Source: Setoptus koraiensis
Taxonomy: Eukaryota > Animalia > Arthropoda
Length of the DNA stretch: 64,000 nt
Assembly (NCBI GenBank): GCA_048013815.1
Contig: CM106585.1
Coordinates: forward strand, 20,894,001 to 20,958,000
Direction: 5' to 3'
Shown here: positions 51,077-64,000 of the stretch, piece after piece
Position numbering within the stretch: position 1 is the stretch's first letter
Layout: every line of letters begins with the position of its first letter
Notes under the pieces: generated by a model
What the model saw: the letters and a program-made list of their open reading frames with translations, nothing else
Told to the model about the DNA's origin: nothing
Database searches by the model: none
Position numbers and translations under genes: made by a program

Positions 51077-51441
51077 GTTTTTCAATCTATTTCATGAGCT
51101 CTTGAGCTTGCCGTCTGCTGCTTGTTTGTCAATGTCCGAAAGTCGCACCGTCGACAAATCAATGCCAGAAGACAGGACATGCCAGAACATGGAGATTTCC
51201 TATGCAAGTGCAGTTTGCATTGGTAATCAGATACTCTCTTCATGATCCGCTCTCGGCTTTTGCCCAAAACTATCGCACAATCAGCTGGATAAATAAAAAA
51301 TCCATCAGCATAATATAAATCTATGAAATCTGATCGGTGTTCAACGGGGCAGTTCTCGAGAGCACTCAATCATAACGACTTTTCAATTTTTAACTTGAGC
51401 AGCAGTTATCACCGATCACCTCGTGATAACTTAGGTCGCTA

Positions 51442-51457
51442 CAGCGCCCTCTAGCAC
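51442..51457 (-). promoter_or_regulatory. CTCF-like motif upstream of the protease homolog
   Basis: Minus strand GTGCTAGAGGGCGCTG matches the CTAGAGGGCGCTG part of the CTCF consensus; single-site match only. Confidence 0.25.
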
Positions 51458-54400
51458 TCGAGAGGCCGCAATTATCAACTAGTGACTCGCAAGTCAGTCG
51501 CGGCTAGGAGCCCTGCTCGAAAGAATACAACAACGGCAGCAAACAATTACAATTAGAGCTGCAGTAAATACTGAGTTATCAGCGCCATTGACAGGCCCAC
51601 TAAGAGCCTGTTTAATGGTTGCATAATAAATTTCATTCATTTAACGGATCGGAACAGCATCTGGCCATTTCAACAAGTTTTGCAGCATCGGCCAGCAATA
51701 AATGGCAGTGGCAGTGGTTAATTTATTGCCGATGCGTCCTGTTGTGCCCACCGTGCCATGCAGCCATCATAATGATCAAACAAAAGTCGCTCAATTAGAC
51801 TGGGTAATTTATGATATTGTACACATGGGCCAACTGGCACCTTTTTATGCAACGGGCCCCAGTGCTGTGAGAGACAATATCGAAGGCCCTTTTGATGGCA
51901 GCTCGATTTCGATAGGCTCCAATTTCGACAGCTTAACTCTATTCAATGCACTTGCCAGTTGGTCGCCACCCTTCGGACATTATACAGAAACGATAATGGG
52001 CAACTTTATTTTTATTGCTTTGTCACTGAGGTCTCGGCACACAACGCACACGAGTGGTGGCGCATGAAAAGCCGTTTGGACTGAAATGGGGCCCAATTGG
52101 GTCCGCTTGTCCAGTTTACGTCTCCGCTGGACAAGCGTACAACAACGAACCAATATTCGTAGCGTGATAAAACATTCTCGATGCATATACTGCACAGTCT
52201 GGCAATGGCTAACCATTCCAGTTTGAATGATAGGTGCGATTCGCCAAAATTAAAATCAGTCGCTGTCCATGGAGAGGCCATGAACACCCGTTACTTGCAC
52301 GACACACTCAAGCGATAATAGATGGATCATAAAGTTTGTTCCAATGCCGATTTTGTCTACAAAAACCAAATCTGAGATTTTGCCAATCTGTCTGTGCTCA
52401 ATTTGATGTGTGATCAACTTGAGAATCTCAAGCTATCTAATGCAACCAACCGGCCCAAAGTTGCGATCTTTTACTGGCTCGCAGCGAAACTTATTTTGAA
52501 AAACCAGCACTTGTTGCGTTTTGCAACCTTAATAACTTATGAATCGTAACAGCAATGGGCTAGACTAAATTGGCTCGCGCTCATGAGCAATAATTCGCGC
52601 AATTTACGTATGTTCTGGTCAAACTAGAGGCTAGTTTCACATCTATATTCGGCTTTCGAATGTGCTCCATTCTTTCGCTTGTCGCGAGTAGTGATGGTGG
52701 CACGAGCCATGGGCCTTGGAGTAAAGTTGGTATGGTGGGCCTTTACCCACCATACCAACTTTATCAACTGTTTCGCTGAGTGGGTGCTCGCATTTCCAAT
52801 AACTGGCTCAGTATTTTTTTAATTGAAATCAAGCATTATTTCATGCCCCATGCAGGAGCCAATTAACTGGCCTTGTAATTAGATCGTCCGAATTCAACTT
52901 GGACCCAACGATTGCTGCCAGCCCTCGCTTGGGCTATATCATGTAATATTATTATTAATATTAACACAATATATACGATATATTCGTTGCCTGGAGTGTC
53001 TAGAAATTTGCGCGATAGTTCATACTTTGCGCTGTTAACGCCGGCCGGTAAAATATCGGCCGGCGCTAATTATTTGGCGGCATATTTAGTTGATTGGGGC
53101 GAATGCGCAATTTGCAGCAATTTCTGGCCCATCAGTTGGATGAGGAGCAAACATAAACTTTTGCCTTGATCGCATTAGGCTGGTCATGTTACAATGAATT
53201 AGCTTATCATTGTGGGTATACGTAATTATGAGCGGTAGTTATGCGATCTAATTGGCCAGTCGGAGTAATCTATTTAAGCGTATGCAGTGACAAGCGAAAT
53301 AAACAGATTACAGCCACTGGTGTACGCGATAATCGCATAATTACATTGGTTACAATTGTGTGCCAAACGGAATTGCGTTATTGCCAGATATTGCCATGTT
53401 GCTTTGTCTTATAATCGCGATACGCGATTCGCGATTCGCGATGGTATAATTGGTTGCAATACATGGTACAATATTACATCGCGCCATCTATTGCGATTCG
53501 CGATGGGGCCATTGATGTTGGCGGCTCAAATGGCGGCCCAAATGGCGGCCCAAATGGCGGCCAGATATTATACAGATAGCATATATAGATAGCAAATGGC
53601 TTATTGTTTGCAATTATTTGCAAGTACGTGCCAAGATTAAGGCTGCCCAGTCGGTTAATTTCTCCCATGCGTCGGCTAACCTTGGCGCCGGCAAGCGCAA
53701 ACTAGCCGCCAACTGCTATGCACCAAATTTATCCGATCAATCATGCAGCCAGCCAAGCGAGACCGTTTCGCAGTTGCCGTGATGCGTTTCGGTGGCAAGC
53801 TCGGGTTGCGAACGTGTGTTCATTATCGGTGCGAGTTGTCTGCTCGCAAATAGATACCTAATGCCACATTTGCGCCATATCCGCGCCATATCCGCCTCGC
53901 TCATTCATAAATGAATTGTGGTGGCATGATTATGATAACTGTAATAATTCAATAAAATATGAGCCTGTCAGCCGTTGTTTATCGAGCCGAATGAGTGAGC
54001 GTAATTATAAATCACGGTTGACCCGATCACGTAGGTGGCGCGACAATACGCGCGCCAGTCGCCCCTTTGTGGCGTCGTGTTCGCGAACGCTCACCAGCCC
54101 ATGAGATCGGACACAAGTTACGTCTGTAATTGAGTTACGTCACTGTGCTGCCGACTCATTGCTTCTGAGTTGGTCAGCGCGAGCTTATGTTGGCATATGT
54201 TGGCCGAAAATTGAAAATATTTATCTTATCCGGTCAGCTTAGTGCGATTATTATCCGGCGCCTTGAGATAGAGCAGCGCGTCATCAATAGTCGGCCCTAA
54301 ATGACGGCACACCCCACAAACTGCTGCCCAAACTGTAATGATTTTCATGAGAAATTTAATTTTAATGGGACGAAATTCCACGAAATTTAATAGGCTCTGG

Positions 54401-54916
54401 TTAGTGAACACAGTGGTTTGCGGGCCCACATTTGGCCCGTGGCTGTCGGACAATGGGGCCGCTCAATGAATTGGCGCGCTCGCTCTAGAGGGTTTTGTCC
54501 TAGAGGCAAGTTTTGTCAAGGTCGATATACATGGCCGATAATGTTATTGATTCAGCAGTATTATTGCGCCACCGAGGCCCCGCGGTGTCGGGCGGACGGG
54601 GATAAAAATAGTGGGCCCGCGCACTTTATATTATTTGTAGCTGTATTAATTTATCATCAGATTGATATCTGTTGGTCAATTGCAAGTGGGGAGTGAGTGG
54701 GCCGGCTTGCGACCGGCACAGCCGCTCGCTGTTTCTGTAAGTATAAGAGTCGCTATGAGTAAGTAAACATACGGCCGAGAATTGTAACGGTTTGCGGATT
54801 CATTGAGGCGCGACTGTTGCAACACAATTGTTTTTTGTGTGCACTTTTTACTCGCTTGTCAGGCTGCAATCAGAGGCACGGCGACACGGGCGACATTCCA
54901 ACGGGCCCCCGACACA

Positions 54917-54957
<41 letters not shown>

Positions 54958-57900
54958 CACGACATACGTAATTAACGCGAAGAAAAAGCGGCGCCAATGT
55001 GCGCAAACTTAATGATGCCTTTGGTGCGTTAATGATGTGCGATAAGTTGTTTGTAGAGCGAGCCTTAAAATTGGAAAATTTGCTGACACTTGGTGGCAGC
55101 GACGATTAACGATCAAAAAACTACAACCGTCGTGTGTCGCTAATATATCCAATTTATTTCTATTTATATCCCGGCAGCCATTTGTTTGTGTGTGTGTTTG
55201 GTATAGGATACACTTTTTGTACTTTGTGCTCGCTGCTGTGACACATCGGACACATTGGACACGCCGGGCTCACCGGGGCCCGCTGTCGAGATGACGCTCC
55301 GTTGGCAAATGGTTCTTTTGGGCTCCTTTTTGCACTTTTGCCTTTTATTTGTTTTATCTCCGGTTCACGCAACCGCGCCAGGGGCCCCCCAAATAGCAGC
55401 CAAATAGCCAAATAGCAGCCAAATAGCCAAATAGCCAAATAGCAGCGTGTTTGTTGATCGTGTCCCGCAGGGTGGGCGCCGCTGACAGCAAATAGCTGGA
55501 CACGCCAACCGAGCTCACTAGCTCGATGACTCGCCAGCTCGATGACTGGCGACTGGCGACTTGCCACTGTCACACGGAAACGGGCCGATATTTGATAAAT
55601 GGAGCAAGTAATGACCGAGAGCCCCAAAAGTAAAGTTATCATGTCGCTGCTGCCCTATGCCAAGTCGCCCCATTGAGGCCGGTCAGCCATCCGTGGCGTC
55701 AGTTCGAGTGGAGCCCACGAGACGAGTGCAGTGGCAATTATTGTTGCCGGCAGCGTGCACCGCCGTGCCAGCCGGTGCTAGCATGACGCAATTAATTATA
55801 CACTGTCTATCGGTGACACTGATTCAGTGTGTCCATCGGCCAGTGGACATTAGCCGCTGATGATGCTGTTTGTCGCGAGCTAATTAGCCGAACGCACTTA
55901 TATAATAATAATAACGTTACCAGTGAGCGCGCCAGAGATGAGCTTGGCCAAATCGATTTCTCGCGAATTACTCACGCCGCTTTGCACGCTTTGCCGGCTA
56001 AAGTCGCCAACTAGCGACCGGCAATAGTAACTAACTAAACTTTACTTGTTTACCACCGTTAGCCCAACTGAAATCGCGCTAACAAGCTTTATTATTAGGC
56101 CGCCTACACTCAATTGGGCCATTTCCGTCGGCTCCAATGATGCAATAATTAGCTGATTGCATGCCGGACAGTGGTGCACGGCATGCACGTACTGTCAATG
56201 ACAGCACACTATTTTGACACACGCTGACAACAGCTGAGAGTCCGGCTGACAGCCTGAGACTGACGCAACTGAGAGTTGCGTGACAAGTGCGGCCCCAATG
56301 AATGGCACTGGATGACGGCCACAAATAACGGTAATAACGCTTCTTTTTAAACGCGCCCCAATATTCACGTTCGCATGTGAACTGGCCACTGGTCAAGGTC
56401 GAGCGAGTGAGTGTTGATGTATACGATTGTGCTGGGCAATGGCACACACAATGATATATACGATGATACATACGATGATATATACGATGATACACATATG
56501 ATGAGGTTATAATGAGCACAATGGCAAACAATAAAACGAAAATGTGACAATCGAATGGGCCCCGCATTGACAACAAAAACTAATTCAACGGCCAGTTATC
56601 TCTCGTTGGCTTGCATGGGATTATTGTGACGCAATTGTGAATAAACTTGCTGCGGGAATGAGCGGTTTGATGGGAGCGGGTCGCCCGGAGAAGCCCGCAA
56701 TGTGCTGGCGACGCACAATAGAATTGGCAGCATCTTTTGTTTGCTGTTTGGGCTCTTTTTGGGCCGTAAGTCACAAGTCACAAGTCGCCTTGTCACATTG
56801 TCGCAAACTGTTACACTGTCACTGTTTATGCGGCCGAGCTGCTGCACGGGCCTCGCGTTGCCCAGGCCAAATAAACAGTCGGTCAGTTGGTTGCGTAACT
56901 GGCCAGAAGTGGTTCGGATTTTGCCATGCGGGGCGCCCCTGCGAACGCCGGCTGGCAAACGCTGGCGTGCACCACGGCCACAGTATGGTGAGCACAGTTT
57001 TTGCGAGCTGCACTAAAACTATGCACAATGGCTTAATTTGGCCTCTCATTTCACTTGATTTGTTGCTGGCTGACCTGATGAAATGCGTACTATTTTATCT
57101 GCATTGTGGCTGCATTTATGGCACGGGTTTCATCCGAGCCACCAGTCCGGCAACAGCGACAAAAGGGCCCACTGGTGAGCAACAACCAGTGAGTGGGGCC
57201 CCCGGTCACACACACACACACTGAACAACGTGACCCAACACTCGTGTAGCGACAGAATGGGTGAGTTATGGCGTCGAGGATAATGGCGAGATAGCTCGTT
57301 GTCGGCTCGCTCCAACGAGCAGCCCAGGCAGGCCTCGTTTTGAGTGTTGGTCGCCGAGTTTGGGTGCTGGTCGCCGGGTTTGAGTGTTGGTCGCCGGGTT
57401 GGGGCCAGCGGCGAGCCGGCCAGCCGGCCAGCAAATCGGTTGGAGCTGGCACCGATGGAGCGGCCGATATAGTGCCAGCAAAATATTCATCAGACACTGG
57501 TCATTTATTATCGGTTTGCGTTTATCGTCGCTTTACCCACCGCTGGCTGCTGGCCGTGGTTTGGTGAAAATCGGAAAAATCGCAAATAGCGGGAAAATCG
57601 CAACGATCGGAAAGATCGCAAAAATCGGCCAGCAGCTAGATAGTAGAATGCAGTGTAAAATCGCTTGCAAGTTGCAACACAAATGGCAGCTTCTTTTTCC
57701 CGTTGCTCAGTATATTTCACAATGTGCCCTGATTGTGTGCACCCAAAACTGTGTGATGAAATGTTTCCAGTGTCGAGCTAATCATATCATGATTTGGCGT
57801 CGTGATTTACTCGCCACATTTGACCATTTTAGGCCTCTTTTGGCCATTGGTCTGCTCTCAACATTAGCGCTTGGCAACTGGCGTGGAAACACAGACACAA

Positions 57901-59312
57901 ATCTGAGGCCCGGCCGAGGAAATTCGCCTGAAATGGCTCGCATTTTCTCCTTCGACTCGAAAGGGATCGGGAGTCTCGAAGGCTTCGAGACTCCCGATTC
58001 TCGACTCTCGAATCGAGACTCCCGATTCTAGACTCGCGAATCGAGAGGCCATTCGCGAGATGCGTATCTGCATCTTGCCGAATCGCAAAATATGGCTTGC
58101 AAGCAAAAATTTGGCCAAATGGAGCGGGCTCGATTTTCCATTTGGGCGGCACTTGAGCGACATGAGGCCAAGCTCGAGAAAAAAAGCATATTTGTCCCCA
58201 GAATGTTTGCTATATATAGTTTGTTGTGTACAGTTTGTTTCTGGTGCGACGCAAACAAACGGTCATTACCCGTTTGGACGGCCAAGAGCGGCCGAATGGG
58301 CCAACGGGACGAAAAGATCCCGCGCTCGCGATAATGAAAATAATTGTGCTCGTACAATAATGCTACCTCGCCAATGGGGGGCTCAGTAACTGGGCCCCAG
58401 TATCCCGAGCGAGCGTGCTCATTGACTCAATAATTAACCGCATGAGATCGGCCAGATCGGGCCCGATATGGCGAGGCCCGCTGGCTAGCTGACACGATAT
58501 GCTCGTTATGCCATTTTGGTCACTCAACTAACTCTTTGTCCTCTATTTGCCCGTCTCTCTGTCACGTTTATGCCCACGGTTACGTAACTGTTGCAACTGT
58601 TCCCTATCTGTGACATATCGCTTTCCTTGTTGGCACATATTGCAGCACGGCGCAACTCCAGATAAACTACATCAATTTTGGCATTGTACAGTACATATAT
58701 ACAACTCGACTGGCACGAACAAGCGCTTTGGGCACCCCCACCGATGGGCTACTTGCAACAGCGAGCATATGGGCCGCGGCGCGCACCAACGGACGCTCAC
58801 CAGTGATCTAGATGCCAATCTGGAGCAGCTGAGCATTGTAGATTAGTTGACCTGGTTGGACCAGTAGCTACATTGGCTTGCACTCGGCTATATTGGGTTA
58901 TATTGGGTTATATTCGGATATATTGGGTTATATTGGGTTTGATTAGAACTCATCGCCGCGCAACGACCGCACTAAACGACGACCAAGCGCACCACGCGCC
59001 TAAACGACCGGGCCCCAAGCCCAAGTGCTGATTCCATCTCATGCTATCGGAAGGGCCTAGTTGATCCGATCCGATACGATCCTATCCGATCCCATTCAAT
59101 TCGATAGTTGTTATTTTGTGTGACTGGCCGTGTGTGTGTGCGTGTGTGTCAAGCTGTCTTTTGGGGCCCCCATCGCCGCAATCTATGGCCAAAATCAACG
59201 CTGGCTATCATGTTGCCAGCCGTTGTGCCGTTGAATAAAACATCATCAACTACAGTAACAACAACAACAACAGCAACAACAACAACGAGCAGCATCGAGA
59301 AACAAACACAAC

Positions 59313-60001
59313 ATGCACTACAACACATTGAGTGATATGCAATGCTCGCTACTTGCCGCTTGCACACCACACAAACCAAGCCATACCGCGCCGCCGAGCC
59401 GCCAGCCGGCTCCGTTAAGCCCGCTGGCACGGGGCCGCTGTCAGGCTCACGTCGACAAACGGGCCCCAAACTGGATAATTCTGGCTTGCAATGAGCAGGC
59501 CAGAAGTAGAGCAACAGTCAGACTAAAGGCAGCCAACAACAGGGGGCCCGGGGTGTCGTCATTTGGGCAGCAGCGGCAGAGGCGGCGGCAAAACAAACGG
59601 AAACCAGGGGGCGACTTTAAACATAACAGAGACACATGGATACACACAGCAAACGGAAACAGCGCTACCCACTTAGGGTGTAGCTGCGCACAAGCAAAAG
59701 ATGCAAAAGTGACGCCGGCAACACACGCTGCTGCAACAGCAACCATGTCGAGCCACTATTACGTAACATGCTGGCGGGAGCTGCCGCTGCAAACAATAGT
59801 TATAGTTGCCGTTATTTATAACAGTGACAGCATCAATTATAATGGCGCCGGCACACAGCAAATAATAGATGATACAACTCGACAACTGCACACAACAAAC
59901 GCAATATACGCACAATTTACACACAGTCGTTATTCCAGTCCAGAGGTGCCTTCGAACAACAACAGAAACAACAACAACAACAACAACAGCAACAACAACA
60001 A

Positions 60002-60035
<34 letters not shown>

Positions 60036-61908
60036 CACTTTTACCGCAACCACCTTCTCAGGGCAAATTCCAAGCGACCAAGCGAACAAAATGAGCACCG
60101 CAACAAAGCCCACAAACGGCAGCAAGGAATCAATGAGAGATTGTGTTTGTTTGCCAGGCGCCCCAGTGACGATTTGTGCCACCGAAAAGGATTACCACTT
60201 GTGGCCTGTTTGCCAGGGGCCTCACTGCCGCTCGGGTCACCGTTAGCACCGCCGTTGCCATTAATCCTGCCAGCGTGGCCTATTCAAACTATGTCAGCGC
60301 AACCGTCACTGCAACTGTCACTTCAATTATCAGTTCGAGTATCACTAGCTGACCGGATGGGCGCCGATGATGGTCGCGCATCGGCTCGGCGGCACAAGCG
60401 CCAATCATCACCCGCAAGCAACCGGCCAATCCAAAGACGTGATTTAAACAGACAGGTGAGCCGGCTGTCGGCTGACCGTCAACTCACCTGTCGGTCGGCT
60501 GACCGGCAAGTTACCTGTCGGTCGGCTGACCGGCAAGTTACCGGTCGGTCAGCTGACAGTGTGTGTCAATGTGATAGTGTGTCGTGCTCAAATAAGCGTG
60601 TCAAAAGTGGTGAGTCAATAGTTAGCGAGCATTGTGTTGCCGGACGCTGCACATACGAACACAAGCAGCCAATTGAGACACGTCCAACAAACAGGCGGCC
60701 GTGTTGTTCGACGTCAACCACCGACGCAACAGCAACAACAACAGCAACAACGACAACAGCAGCAACAACAGCAACAACCAATTCAGCGACAGTGACCAAA
60801 GTGACCAAAGTGACAAAAGTGACAAACGTGACAAGTAGCGTAAATGACTGCCACAGGGTCACAGTGGCCAGTGGCAACAGCAATCCCGCGTCAGCCGCCT
60901 TAATTAGTGCTGATGGCACCCTTGCGTCGCATCATAACGAGCGTGCACCTGTACTGGTCACCTGTGCAACTGAGGCCCGTGCAACTGGGGCCCGTGCGAT
61001 TGGGCCTTGTGCACCAGCGACTGACCAGATAACACTGAGACAGCAACGGGCTGGTTGGCGCGTCCGCCAACCAGTTACACAAGTGGCCAGCTTGTTGCTA
61101 TTAGTCAAGTTGTTGCTGTTTGTGACAACGCTGTCCAGTGTTGGCGACAAAGGGGCCCTTTGTGCCATCACGCATTGGGAGCAACAGCAAGTGGGGCCCC
61201 GCTTGAGCCTAACTCCAACGTTGGACACAACGAGCGGCCTTGTGGCCAACAATCAATGGTGGATACGATCACGTCACGAGCAGCCGTCGTATGCAAATTA
61301 CAGGCTGGCAGTACAGAACGATGAACAGCGTCTTGTCAGCGATCTACAGCAATTAGCGGTTAGTGGCGGGCCCAACAGTGATCAACGAGACACGCTTATG
61401 ATGAGCGATTATGCGATGGTGCCAACTAACAGCGCCAATGAGCCGTTGCTTGGCACCGGTACCGGCACCGGCCAGCTCATTAGTGATTCAGCGCTCAATT
61501 TCGATGACGACCAAACCATCGATTCTATGGGCTCCCATCGCAGCCAATCAACGACAACCAACAACAACCAGCCACCACAACCGACAACAACCAACGACCA
61601 GAAGCAGCAGCCGCCCATGATAATAGCCGGCATAGAGCTGCATTGGGCCACCCTATTATTGAGCATGGTGCTCATTTTGATCATTTTGTCCACCATCATA
61701 GGCAATCTGTTTGTTATAGTGTCCATTTTAATTGAGCGCAATTTGAGGACAGTGGGCAACTATTTGGTGTTGTCGCTGGCCATTGCCGATCTGCTGGTGG
61801 CCTGTCTAGTGATGCCCATGGGCGCCATCTATCAAATAATGGACCAGTGGACATTGGGCGCAACACTATGCGACGTGTGGACCGTGGCGGACGTGTTCAG
61901 TTGCACAG
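59313..61908 (+). CDS. 5-HT1: 5-HT1-type serotonin receptor, coding exon with long N-terminus and TM1-TM3 (true start uncertain)
   Basis: TM1 ...IILSTIIGNLFVIVSIL, TM2 NYLVLSLAIADLLVACLVMP, ECL1 WTLG..LCDVW, TM3 aminergic Asp (ADVFSCT); phase-1 GTGAGT donor at 61909. Confidence 0.85.
59958..60035 (+). repeat. (AAC/AGC)n tract encoding poly-Asn/Ser in the receptor N-terminal frame
   Basis: Trinucleotide run in frame. Confidence 0.85.
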
Positions 61909-63104
61909 GTGAGTTTCTCTGTTTGTCTGTGTGTGTGTGTGCTTGTGACTTTGACTGTGAGTGTGAGTGTGTTGACAGTCAGGCAAGCTGATGTTTCACA
62001 AGAGGAGGCAAAAATTGACTGTCAGTGCTGTTGTTTTAGTCGCCAGTCAGCTGATTAGTGTGTCAGCTGACTGGTGACAGCCAGCAAAATACACCGGTGA
62101 CACAATTACATAACTAGCTGCAAGTGGCCGAAACGTCACGCCAAATGTCACGCACACGCACACCCACACCGTCTTGCAGGCCGGCTGTAAGCCGGGCGTC
62201 AGTGAGAGCCGCTGCCGCTGCCGCTGCATTTATGCCGCCGCTGATGAGCCGCATAATTTATACTTTGCGCGCCCCCTCCCACGCCAATGGATATCCGACT
62301 CTTTAGTGCGACAAACACACACACACACACCAACTGGATATTACGTGCAACTAGATAACTGTACAACTGCACAACTGTACTGGATAACTGCACAACTGTA
62401 CAACTGGATAACTGGATCCGTGCACAAATGATATTTGCATTCGGATCGGAACGGATCGGATCGGTTCGCATAATATCGCGCAGTGTGTGACAGCGATGAT
62501 AGATTATAATTAAAAGGGGGCCCAGCGGCACGGCTCGCGTTGTCATGATGCAAATTATTTCGGCTCGCTGCACAGCTCAAATGGCTGAAATGGTCTGGCC
62601 GTCTCGCCGTGAGACGATGCGGCCCGTCGGACGCGGCGGCGCCGGCGCCAGATCGCATGGCCGCTCGATCACACTGCACATAATTATCATAATTTTCACC
62701 ATTAATTGATAATAATCGCCCCCTGTCCATGCGCGCAGTCCCGTTCGTAATTACACACCCGCACACGGTGAATTTGATTTGGCCCCATTCAAAATGTGCG
62801 CCCGTCTCGCGCCAAAATGCGGGCCCGTCTCGCGCCATCGACCAACCTGCTGCTGCCTGTTATGCAATAATCCTGTTATGCAATAGTCGTGCTATTACAT
62901 AACTATTCATGCCGCTGTTATAAGTACTATTCTTGACTAACGGTTATTTTGTCGCCCCCCCCCCTCCCCCGCTCCTTTGCTGCTGATTGGCCCCGTTGTT
63001 GGACGGCATCAACCAACGATTGGCTGCTGATACCGACTAATCCATCAACTATTCATCGCTCATCACATGGGATAATAACGGATAATTGCGGACTACGAGC
63101 GTAG

Positions 63105-63409
63105 CGTCCATACTGCACCTGCTGGCCATCGCCCTGGACAGGTACTGGGCCGTCACCAGGGTGGACTATATCAGGTGCCAGCGGAGCTCTAAGCGCATTG
63201 TTTATATGATATTTTCCGTTTGGTTTGCCGCGCTCATCATATCGATGGCGCCCACGTTCGGCTGGAAGGACGACAACTTCGAGCACCGGCTCATACACGA
63301 GAAACAGTGCCTAGTGTCGCAAGATATCGGCTATCAGATATTTGCAACTTGTGCCACATTTTACGTGCCCCTCATATTTATCCTCGCCTATTATTGGAAG
63401 ATATTTCAG
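63105..63409 (+). CDS. 5-HT1: 5-HT1-type serotonin receptor, next exon (TM3 end-TM5)
   Basis: Splices in phase to give CTASILHLLAIALDRYWAVT; FGWKD...CLVSQDIGYQIFATCATFYVPL...YWKIFQ typical of arthropod 5-HT1A/1B; GTGAGT donor at 63410. Confidence 0.93.
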
Positions 63410-64000
63410 GTGAGTTTACACTTTACTTAGCGCCACTTAACCAATTCGTTGCAATTCGTCGCGGTGTAACGTTAACGTTGCACCGCGACGACATTATGCA
63501 CATTAGCCCATCATTGCTTAGACACAATTGTTGGCTTGGCAGCCATTATTTGCCTGATATCGTTACTATTATACGGGCTGCCTGTCGGGCTCACCCGGGC
63601 CGGCCGGATATCGCCGGGCGAGCCGCTGTCACCGGTTTCAGGCGGCACCCGGCAAACAGCGCTGACAGCGCCGGGTGCAGCCCGAAACCGGTGACAGGCG
63701 ATCGGCTTGCTGAGCCGCTCGCCGGCGCCGCCACGGGCCGGCTGTGCGCTAACAGTGACACTGGCGGCCAGTGTCACTAACCCATCTAAGTGCCATCCAT
63801 GAATGAGCCCTATCGACGCGCGGTGTCAAGTCTCTCAATGGGGCCCCTTCCAGTGGCCGCTTTTATCCGACACACACACGCACAGCTTGTGTGACACAAG
63901 TGGCTGGTAACGAGCCTGGCTGGCTGGCTTTTATCTGCTCGTGTGACTCGGCCGGCCTTGATTGTATAATGACGCGTAGCGCCCATGATTGATTAGGTGC

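Noticed and set aside
56637-58031. 195-aa and 215-aa ORFs upstream of the receptor
   Set aside because: Low-complexity, repeat-derived translations with no domain signal.

Overview
Eukaryotic genomic DNA, most likely an arthropod and plausibly a mite (inferred from the serotonin receptor, spliceosomal introns, poly-Q/N coding insertions and CA/AAC microsatellites). Three protein-coding loci are supportable: (1) the first exon of a signal-peptide + V-set Ig protein (2622-1734, minus); (2) an intronless secreted trypsin-fold pseudo-protease with His->Gln and Ser->Leu (51076-50171, minus); (3) two exons of a 5-HT1-type serotonin GPCR (59313-61908 and 63105-63409, plus) with a ~775-codon open frame before TM1. 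About 10.5-27.3 kb is a dense transposon nest with a 500-N gap. It holds non-autonomous Helentron-type elements (HINE/DINE-1 architecture: 13-bp subterminal inverted repeats, 3' stem-loop, T-tract insertion, internal TTCGAA tandem arrays). It also holds a second, unclassified ~0.8-0.9 kb TIR element with GGG...CCC ends and 7-bp target-site duplications. The most striking signal is inside this TIR element: seven indel-free copies of a 155-bp core that folds on one strand into hairpins capped by DNA-specific C(GNA)G loops. On one side is a GCGAAGC mini-hairpin at an invariant 31-nt gap, and on the other a mostly copy-specific ~35-110 nt cassette. Unique islands between the elements look like pieces of decayed minus-strand coding sequence. 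Most other ORFs in the track are judged spurious.
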